This document shows, piece by piece, positions 33,899-45,200 of a stretch of DNA of 64,000 nt. Source of the stretch: Bugula neritina (taxonomy: Eukaryota; Animalia; Bryozoa); NCBI GenBank assembly GCA_964035545.1, contig OZ037771.1:2863628-2927627 (forward strand), written 5' to 3'. Numbering within the stretch: position 1 is the first letter of the stretch; each line of letters begins with the position of its first letter. The notes beneath the pieces are model-generated. The model was not told the DNA's origin. It searched no databases and was given only the letters and a program-made list of their open reading frames with translations. The translations under genes and the position numbers were made by a program.

Positions 33899-35637
33899 AT
33901 GACCACCTATGTGCAGCCTGTGATGCGTCGCCGAAACCAGAGGTTTGCCAAAGTATCGGCTGAATATATCGGGAGACAAAATGAAGAAATAACTGACAGA
34001 GCTAGAATTGACATAGGTAAGGTGCAGAAATGGAGAAATTGAGAAAAGCCTGTGTTCTAGATTAGAAATGTAGTGAAAGAAGTTATGTTCGCGCAAAAAA
34101 TTTCAACCAGCGCCCCAAACAAAAATTTATAAAGAAATTTAAAGAACTTAGGCAATCTCAATTTCTCTGCTACTGCACTTAAATGTTGTGAATTTACAAA
34201 CAAAAATAGTTTTTAATTGTTGGTTTATGTATTCATTGAATGCTGTCTACTGTACTGCAGGCAATGCCGTACAGAGATTAGCTGATGTCAATATGAATGA
34301 TCTGCTGATTGATAAAATGGGGATAATATCAGACATTAGCAATAACAACCACATTGAGGAGACAAATGACAAGATAGATTGTCCGCCCAATGAAAATCCT
34401 ACAGATAAGAGCGAGCTCTTGAGGTAGTAAACTATACAAACTATTGACTGTAGACTACTAACTGTGGACTACTGACTGTGGACTACTGACTACTAACTGT
34501 AGACTACTAACTGTATACTACTAACTGTGGACTACTAACTGTATACTACTAACTGTGGACTACTAACTGTGGACTACTAACTGTGGACTACTAACTGTGG
34601 ACTACTAACTGCTGACTACTAACTGTGGACTACTGACTACTAACTGTAGACTACTAACTATTTACTGTAAACTACTAAATACTGTGTCAGCAGCATTAAC
34701 CTTCCACGTATTGTTAACAACACTATAAAACAAAAGAATGTGTTATGTTAACAAATAGCTAATCTTTCAGAATGGTCATTGCTTAACCTGTAATTATAAT
34801 AATACAGTAGGTGTTTAACAACTTTAGTTTTTATAAAAAATTAAAATGTAGTTGTGGCATTCACAGTACAGTAGAGGGTACTGACTCAACTAATGCTGTT
34901 ATGACCTTAAGATCTCAAACCCTTACCAATAGTTCATTTCATGCGATAACCATTCTCAAAAGGACATTATATAAATTCACCATGGAAATATATTTGTGTT
35001 TAACTGAGTATAATATATGTACCTAATTCTATTATAGTCAATACACATGAACATTGAGCTCTAAATATAAAACTTAACTTGCTTGTTGTTGTGTTGCAGA
35101 AGTCCTAGAAGAGTTAGTTTTGCTGATTCACTGGGCTACGATTTGGAATCAATTAGGATAATGTCGGAAGGCATTGACACACCCCCAAAACTGCTGAGCT
35201 GCAATGTTAACAATTCTAGCAACTCCAAACAGCCGTCGCTGCGGCCTCTATTTGCTCAGCCTATCACAGACTACAATGAATATTTAAGAAGACTTAGTAG
35301 TGATTGTGTTTGTTTAGAATCTCTTGACATCAATGAGAAGGCTATGAGAGGTCTTGTAAAAGTAAGGAACATAGACTACACAAAGTCAGTAAAGATTCGT
35401 TATACTGCAGACAATTGGAGATCGTGCGAAGAATTAGAATGCTATTATCTTAATCCGGCATTTGGTGCTGCTAAAACTAGTATTTATGACACATTTCACT
35501 TTCAGCTAAGCATAGACGAAAGATGGAGTAGTTTTGAATTCTGTATTTCGTATGAATGTAAAGGGGTACAGTTTTGGGACAACAACAATGGTGCTAATTA
35601 TAGATTAGACAGAAGTTCACTGCAACAGTCAAAGTAA
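33899..35637 (+). CDS. Glycogen-targeting protein phosphatase 1 regulatory subunit (PPP1R3 family; RVxF + CBM21), ~272 aa
   Basis: Exons 33899-34016, 34261-34423, 35100-35637 are phase-consistent. The last exon has RRVSFAD (PP1-binding RVxF), VCLES, GLVKVRNIDYTKSV, RYTADNW, FEFCISY and WDNNNGANY (CBM21). The first two exons are inferred from splice signals and phase only. Confidence 0.9.
34441..34680. repeat. 13-bp minisatellite (GACTACTAACTGT)n just after a PPP1R3 donor
   Basis: More than 15 copies, starting about 20 nt after the donor at 34424. Confidence 0.92.
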
Positions 35638-36264
35638 TGTACGGTTTCGACAAACTATTCAGTGATTTAAACTATCATTTTAGATTTTGTGTTCTATCTA
35701 CAATATTTTAGAAAGATATTTTTGCTAAAATCCACATGTACAACCCGGTGAATGTGTCAAATTACATATTAAATACCTTTTTTGAGTTCATTATGTGTAG
35801 TGATAGAATCTATAATGGTCTTCAAATACATTATTGAATTACATAGTCTAAGCGAATTAGTAAAATAAGGCAAATTTTATTTCATTGTGATTCATGTTTT
35901 AGACTTTTTGGTAATTATAGATGGATATATATTATATGCATATATAGTGCATAGTTGTGCAGCTCAGTTTGTTGTGGCCCACATTTCATTGATATGGAAA
36001 ATAGAAAGTTCAACTGTTTATTAAATAACTTAACATTGGTTTCAAAATATTTACAAAAACTAGAAAAATATCGCAGGGGAGAATTTACTATCAAACAATA
36101 TAGAAAACAATTTTTGTGTGAAAATGTTGCTGTAACCAATTTTGAAATTCTTTGATAAAGTCTCATGTCAACAACTGCTGAAGTATAATGAACAATACTC
36201 TACATTGAGATTAGTGTGCATCACTTAGCGTGTCAATGCTGCCATGTCAATGCTGTCGTCATGG

Positions 36265-39200
36265 TCACATGTTAAGAGAGGTGATTTTTGGCAGCGTGAT
36301 AGCCATGACTTCATAATCCTCGTCTCCAACGTAGTCGCCGGTATTTTTGAAACTATTGGAGCTGGGGTACGTCTGCACAATCAACTTCCTGTTAGTCAGT
36401 CGGTATATGTTGAGTGAGAGATAGAGATGCAAGGAGTCGAACGTAGCCTGCCAGTCAGGGAGCCCTTCATTGTCGTATGTAAGAATGGAATCTATAAATA
36501 GCATAGGATTTTATAAATGGCATGGAATCTATAAATAGCATAGAACCTATAAATAGCATAGGATTTTATAAAAAGCATGAAATCTGATACATAGCATGGA
36601 ATCTTATAAATTTTACCCTGGGATCTTATAATTAGTATACTTTATAATACAGAGGCGTTACGTCTGACAGAGGGCACAGTAACTAACCAGTAGTCTGTGT
36701 AACCAACTAGATACATACCAATATCGGGAGGGTCTTCTAAACTGAGGTGAGGGTAAAAAGACCTTTCTAGCTCAACGGAGAACCTGTAAGACATAGCCAA
36801 GTAGACAAGCTGAAAGTTTCATAGTAAATTTATTACAATAAACATGGTAAACAATAATTCAATTATAAGTGACGCATCTTTAGGATATAATATATAACTT
36901 CTACAATAAAATTCAAACTTTACTAGAGCCCCACAGCAAAGTTGAGGGCTGCAATAAGCATGTATATCAACTGAATACAACTAGATGTACTGCAATTAAA
37001 ATATGAGTAATGCTAGCATAAATAGGGCACCATGAAACTCTCTGCAAACAATGCTGCATGTTTCACTACATTGTCAATAATTGATTAGGGTTAGAGTTGT
37101 CTTCTCACAGTAAGTTGACTATACAGAAATTATGAGTTTCTTAACCTGATACCTCAATTAGTTCACACAAATATTCGCCTTTCAAAAATTTAAAAATTAA
37201 AAACTTGACTTGTATGCTTAATATAATACAGCTGAATAAACTACAAAATTCAAATGAACAGTACATGTGTATTATATTGCAATAATTGCATTACATTATT
37301 TTAACAAACATTTCCAATAACTTTCCACTATCTTTATGAAGTAGACATAACAATGGGAAAAGTAAAATCTAAAAAGAACTCACAGCAAGTATCAGAAGAA
37401 AATGCTAGAAAGTGAAATCAGACAGTGATTGGCTATGGCGTAGTCGAGCTTCGTGTAAATACAAGCGCGGCTTATTTTGAGAAGACAACTTCAGTATATA
37501 TGTATTTATAGGAGTTGAGATTATTTATTTGACAGAGCACCTGTCTTACCTGTCACCGAGCAGCTGCCGTAACTGCGACTCACAATACGGACTGACAAAG
37601 AAGAATGAGTCATATTCAGAGAGCACCTCCTCCAAGTTGAAGTCGTCTACTCCCCCTTGTAGGTCAACAAGCTTTATGTGATCGGCTTCCCGTACGTGTA
37701 TCTACAGTTAAGTGTATCTACAGGTAAGTGTATCTACAGGTAAGTGTATCTACAGGTAAGTGTATCTACAGGTAAGTGTGTATGTGTAAGTGTACCTACA
37801 GGTAAGCGTACGTGTATCTATAGGTAAATGTATGTGGATGTGTATCTACGTGAAGTGTACTGTATCTACAGGTACGTGTATCTACAGGTAAGTGTATCTA
37901 CAGGTAAGTGTACATGTATGTGGATATGTATTTATGTGAAGTGTATGTGTAGAGCAGTATATATACAGAGTGTAGTACAAGACTATTATAACATGCAGGT
38001 ACAATAATAGTTTACACACAACACTACTATAATACAATGAAATATGTGTGTGTATTTCTTTTTATTCAACTAAATTGATATCATCACATTTCAAATTTAA
38101 TTGAGCAATTCCACAACCTGCTGTATCATTATTGCCTCATTCTAATTACTCAGCTTATGATCTCACCTGTAATAGAGACTTGGGAGGCATATAAGTTCTG
38201 TGATATACAATTATCTCCCCTCTGTTAAACCTTCCAGCCGACTTTAGATTGTTTAGATAAATCAGCGAGGGAACAACTCCAGCTTGGTGAAGGTTACCAA
38301 ATAAGAATCCTGTAACATAGCAACACTCGTGTAGACATCAATATAACAACTCTAGAAATCATTGGTAGGTGAGCACTGCTTCGAAAAGACAACAAAAACA
38401 GAAACGCTTGACTAAAGTTGGAAACATGCAAAATTAGGTAGACTAAATTACCCAAGAAGAAATTGTGAGGAATCCAGAATATGATGAATAAGGCATACAG
38501 GGCTTTGCTGTTGATCAGATTGAGACCATATGTTGCTATGACAACAGCCGGCACTAACAGCGGAATAATAAACCTGTAACATAATGTGCATCTTGCTCTA
38601 ATAATCTTGTCAATCAACTTCAGTTAGCTTTGAGTTTAGAGTTGTATTTTCTTTGCATGGCTTAAATTCTATTGCTGTTACAGCTAAATTTAATAACCAA
38701 TTAAATTTACAAGATTTTTCTCTTACAGTTGAGTAACACCTGTGTAGTTAGTTTAATCATAGATTGAAGTATAGTGATGGGAGTTCATTTCAAGTTAGTA
38801 TAAGTTGCTACTATTAAGGCCTGGCCACACGATCGTGAGAATCACACGAAATCGTCTATTTGACACGAAAAAATATTCGTACGAGAAAATTTGAGGGAAT
38901 TCAAACGAAATCGTCATCGTTGGGTGTACACGACGATGAAGATGGACGAAAAATCACAATCGACGATAAGTACCATTTGATTGGTCAATAGAATTTTAGC
39001 AACAGTAATTATTTCATTTCTACCACGTTTTTCTATTTGACAATTTTCTGCTGTTTGTACCTCGTGCAAGACTCATTCACGGACTATTTATTATGTGTTT
39101 CGTCCGACGAGTATGTGGCTGGTCAAAACAAGAGGGTAACTCACGAAAATCGTCACACGATTTCGTGTGATTCTCACTGATGGTGAGGCCAGGCCTTTAC

Positions 39201-42200
39201 AACCATAAGGAGACTAGTTTACTGAATGTTTACAAAAGTTATTCTATAGCAATGACACTTATCTCCTGCCACCATTGGTATTGAATAGTAAATAATAACA
39301 GTGTATTAGTTAGTGACATTGTCTGATAACACCTGTTTCAATCAAACTGACAGGTGATTTTGTTTTCTTTCAACACCATTGAGAAATATTAATTTTATTT
39401 AAATACTACACAACCTGTTTCCTTATAATATTATTATGCAGGATACTGAATTCTGAACACACAAAACTGTATTTATGGATACCCCATAGAGATGACAAGC
39501 ACTATTTTTGAAAATTATCTTCTCCTAACCACCACAGGATTCACAATGGTCTATGCAAAGTGCATGTTAGTCAGAAATTCGAGAGAAAAAAGGGAAAAGC
39601 CCAGGAGTAAAAGGACCTAGAGACTAACACCCCACCAGAACAGGGGCATCCATGGCCTGACCACAACAGAATCTGCTGAGCTTGCATGGCCCCACCAAAC
39701 ACCTGATAAATCAAGCTAACAGAGACCACACTATGATTCCAAGGCTAGTAAACAAACACTGTGGCATAATAAGTTATATTCTATTCAACAGATAGATCTT
39801 CAACCTAGTGAAAGAATCACATGACTGTTCTGCATAAACTAAGATGACATGAAGTCATGCTAATATTTCATTCATTGTCACCGCCATATGTCAAAATAAA
39901 GTAAAAAATTACAATTTTTGCAGATGAACTATATGTTTAACATACAGTAAACTAATTAAAGTACAGCAGGCATAGTAGGTTTATTTCTGCATTGACTGGA
40001 TATACCTCTAAAACTATATGTTTACATAAAATTTAGATTGTGCACAAATTAATTTCTACAAGGTTAAAAACATAACCCGTTAGAAAATATCACCACTGTC
40101 AGATACTACACTCATCATGATGCAAACAGAGTTGAGAGTTTATCAGGGGAAACGACTCCTTTTTCAGTTACAATCCCCTTTATGAGGGATGCAGGAGTGA
40201 CGTCAAAAGCAGGATTCCAACAGGAAATACCGGGAGCAGCCGTACGAACACCGTTGGTATTGGCTAGTTCCTCTGCTGGCCTGAACTCTATCTCAATGTC
40301 CTCTCCTTTAGCAGTGTTCATATCTATTGCAGTTAGAGTTGCAGCTATAAAGAAAGGAACACCAAAATGTTTGGCCACAATAGCAAGCTGAAATGTTCCT
40401 ATTTTATTAGCTGTGTCCCCGTTGGCTGCAATACGATCCGCCCCCACGACGACAGCAGTGATGTCTTTTCTTTCCATCAACAAGGCAGCCATGCTGTCAC
40501 AGATCAGGCTACCAGGTATTCCCTCGTAGACCAATTCATACGCAGTGAGCCGAGCCCCCTGGTTGTAAGGCCTAGTCTCAGTACAGTACACTCTCTCAAG
40601 TTTTCCCACCTCGTGCAATGTTCTGATAACTCCTAGAGCTGTGCCGTATCCAGCTGTAGCCAAAGATCCGGTGTTACAGTGAGTGAGTATGCGTATAGTA
40701 CCCGTCCCGCCGGCGTATTTCAGTATAGCCTCACATCCATTCTTTCCAATAGCCTTGTTACTCGCCACATCCTCTTCTAGCATAGAAACCGCACGTTGGA
40801 TGACCTTGAACTTCAACTGTGACACATCCAGTAGTCTGTTGTCTTGCAGGAACTGGCGGAGGTCTGCAATGGCGGTGGCGAGGTTTACAGCCGTTGGTCT
40901 GGATGTAACAAGGAAAGACAACCTCTGGTTGATTCTACTGATTAACTCATCGCTGCTAGTAAACGAGAGAGATTTTAGCTCCACTGCAAGACTAAGCATT
41001 CCCACAATAGCGATTGCTGGAGCCCCTCTAACCTGCATGCTTTTAATAACACGGTAGCCATCGTCGACGTTGTGTACTTTAACATAGGTGGTTGTCAATG
41101 GTAATAAAAGTTGATCCAGTATCTCCAATCCTTCCGTGTCGGAATACTTTATAGATTGTAGAGCAGACATGATCAGGCTAGTGTTTGAAGCACTTGTTAA
41201 ACTGACAACTGAGTGCTTCAGTCAGATTGACAGTACGAAGCACGTGCTTGTTACGGTTGAGTGCACAAAGGATAGCGGTATTCCTATCGCTCCACATTGA
41301 TCATAGATGTACTTATGGGCGATCTAACACGCTAAGTTTGCTTTGTCTATAGGCACACAACATCCTATAGACTTTAGAGCCCCAGATAACAGGGTAATAA
41401 AAGATGTCAATGTAGGTAAATATTTACTTTTCTTGAATAATAGCTCATTAGACTACAACTTGGTACCACCATCTCTGTGGTTTCCTCCTAAGCTAGAAAG
41501 ATCTGTCATTGAACACTCACTATGTACAAGTATATATCAGGTGGGAAGACAACTACCGAATACATATGTCCCTGGTGTATATTATTTACAGTGTAATCCC
41601 TTGCATCAGCAAGTATATAATGCACAGCAACCAATATTGAATTATTATATTAGAAGGCACTAGGTGAACACACAACTCTTACACTTCTACATAAAAAGTT
41701 CTAAATGAGTAGATAACTCTTATTCTGTAGTGCAAGATTCGAGGGGAGAGAGAGAGAGGGGAGGTTAAGGAAAGGCTATGACTTTAATTAAAAACAAGCA
41801 AGTATGTAGATTAGAGAAGTGCCCTGTATAGCTTTACCTTCCAGTGAGGACCATATATCTAGGATGCTATTTCCAGGTAACACTGAATAATAGCCTCTAA
41901 ATCAAATAGGAGAGTGAGGTTGTAACAATCTAAGTCTATTTACATATCAGCCCATGGACCAATTAAAAATCTTGATTCATAGTGCTGTGCCCACATTGAA
42001 AAATTTATAGATATACAAAAGAAAACAACTCCTAACACTTCACGGCAAACTATGGATAAATTTATCTGCATATATATAAAGTAGGTGTGTGTGTGTATGT
42101 GTGTGTGTGTGCGTGCGTGCGTGTGTGTGTGTGTGAGTGTGCGTGTGTGACTATTTCTTAAACATGCAAATAGATTTACATATAACACACACAACTCCAA

Positions 42201-45200
42201 GACATGTACACATACTCTATAGAGTACAGTATATGAATATCTCTATACAAATGCAATCACTCACCTCGGTTCCTGGTGAGGAAACATACTGAGCAGGGCA
42301 AGAGGTGTGGCCGTGGTGAGGAACAACATTATCATCACGTGTCGGTGAGCTACAGGTAGAGCAACATAGGAAAGAGGTTGTAGACACACACACATATCTC
42401 AATAGTGTTACAATGAGAGAACTAAATACTAACCTTTATTCTTGATGTAAAGTACCATGAATACAAAGAGTAAGAAGAACGCCATGAGAGGTCCGAATAG
42501 CAGAGGTAAATTGACGAGGATGTGGAGGTATCGTGGGTGAAGACCATGCTCCGATAGGTTTTCACTACAATGCAGGAGCTGAGTCTATCAACGCAGTGCA
42601 CAGGCTAATAGCTGTGTAGAAAGATTCATATTGTCACACAATTATTTACTTTAGTAAATTAACAATTTGGTTTGCTAAAATATAAATTATTTTTTATTAA
42701 AACATGCAGTGAATAATGATTGATACTTATTTAGTCAACTAGGATATTCTGATAGCTTAACGTGTATTACCATGGCTCTAAGATGTATTACAATAGTTGT
42801 GAAGTGTATTACAACTAATCTTGAAGTATATTAAAATAACCTTTAGGTGCATCATACAATTTAGTCATACCATGTATTACACTAATTTTAAGGGGTATTA
42901 CACTAACTTTGAGGTGTATTACAACAGCTGTGAAGTGTATTACAACAGTTGTGAAGTGTATTACAACAGATGTGAGGTGTATTACAACAGTTGTGAGGTG
43001 TATTACAACAGTTGTGAAGTGTGTTACAACAGCTGTGAGGTGTACTACAGTGATACCTGTTTCTATTATAGAGGAGAAAGTTGAGTGGGGAGACAACAAA
43101 CTGATCAAACATTCCGGAAGAACTGAGGAAGGATTTAGATCTGTAGTATGAAGTGTCAAACAGTATAAACACTATGGCCGTATTGAAGAGGTAGGGCAGG
43201 TTAAACAGGCCCCTTCCTACAGCCTGAAACACTTCTTTTATACTCCTAGGCACCTTTCCCTGTAATGTAGAATAATTCAATAATTTTATTGCTTGAAACT
43301 CATTTAATTATTTTTGAGTTTCTAAAACATTTGCCAACGGTTCATGAATTACTCATCGGCTGCATGATAACATCAGGTAAGTGTTGATAACTTCTGTGGA
43401 ACAAGAAACCAGAGACACTTAAAGTAAAAGACTAAGACAATACCTACCGCAAATAGCCAATACAAAATAGGCACTAAAGCGAATCCTAAAAAGGTAGGAC
43501 GATTCCAAATTCCTGCTATGACCACAACAGATATCGCAAGGCCAGTCTTGTGAGACGCATGTTTAGCCTTCTTTGACGTAGATTCAGATCTGAAACAGAA
43601 TTAAGACGATGACAGTATATTATATAATATCATATATATAATTTATTGTATATATAAAAAAGATAACATCAATAGAAACATCTTACTTATTTGGATGACA
43701 GTCCTGATTAGGGTCTGGAGTTGAAGTGGATAAAGCATGCTTTTCCATCAGTTGTCCCATTTTAGACTTCCTGTGCACGTCTAAATTATCTGCATTGGAG
43801 TTATCCGCTACATCAAACTGTGTATCTAAAATTTGTTTTAGCAGGATAACTATTGGTAGAACAAACGATCCGAATCTTAAACTTCAGAAGGACAAACACC
43901 AGATAAAGTTTCGTGATCAATCACTAATGTAGAACATATCTATAGGCAGTGCCTAGCTTTACAGTAAGTTATGCAAAACGACAACAAAATGTATAAAAAA
44001 TACAAATCTCAAAGAAGCTGGCAATAAAATATAAGTACTGAAGCACCTACGATCCCTACCATCAGCTTCCTTGCTGTCTGCAGAGTCAGCAACTTCAACG
44101 TCAGCGTCATCATTGATTTGTGGAATATTTTTGATATCCGGATTTATTGACCAGTTGCTGTCAGCGCTTGTCTCATCTTTATTACTCTCTGAAGACTGTC
44201 CACTCATTGGCTCTCTATTGCTGCCACTTTTATCCTCGTAAACTGTTGGTGGCACTTCACAGCCATCCTTATCTTCTGCTGAACTACTCTTTGGTAAATT
44301 ATTGCTGACATTCTCTTCAGTCTTTGCCTCATTCGTGTTGCTTTCTAGACTTCCAGTAACAGAGGACTGCTTAGATTCTTTAGAGATGTGAAACCCGTGT
44401 GTGCTTACATATTCACAGGTGCATACAAGTAGCATAGCCAAGAAGAAAGACTCCAGACTATTGGAAAATGTTCTAGTGTAGAATACTAGTGTGACATACG
44501 ATGTGGCCGACAAACACCCCGCAATGTAGGGAGAACAGCCGAGAAGTGCGGCTATCCGCATTACTACAAAACAAAAGTTGAAAACAAACATTAGAATAAA
44601 GCTTCAAGATATTGCCTCTATGTGTGATCAGTGGAGAAGGTATTCCGCTTAAATATTTTGTTACTTTTATAAATGCAAAAGTAAACTAATAAACCAATAA
44701 ACATGGTTTTCAATGAACATCACAACAAAGTTTTAAATTGAATGCAACAATCTCAATTTTAAATATTTACGAACAAATTTTTTGATAAGTGAAGTATTGC
44801 AACTCTATCAAAATTTTGTTTGAAATACAAGCCTATAAGAGTAATATTAAAAAAACCACGCAAATACAAAGCTGTTAGCTTGAACGCTGAGATACTAAAT
44901 ATATTATAACTGTGTTTATAGGAAAGCAAATTGTGCAACATACTTGCATGGTCTGTTAGAATACTCAATATAGACATGACAAGTCTGGGAGCAACTAACA
45001 ACCAATAGGAGTTGAAAGTTTTGATAGCCCCGGTAACTCTGAGGGCTCGGACCACAGAGAAGGGGTACCCGCAGAGCATGTACCACAGGAATGGACTTCT
45101 AATGGCATGCTGACTCTCAAACTCCCAGGGTATGTGCACATCGTAATGTAGGATGTCACCTATAAAAGACACAAATATATACGATATACATTTATGTGGC

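Noticed and set aside
41838-41882. 45-nt exon-like segment (ttattcag...gtaaag, minus strand) in PIGZ intron 8
   Set aside because: It introduces a TAG in the PIGZ frame and would split the conserved HQEPR|F motif. It could be a poison or leader exon, but nothing supports that.
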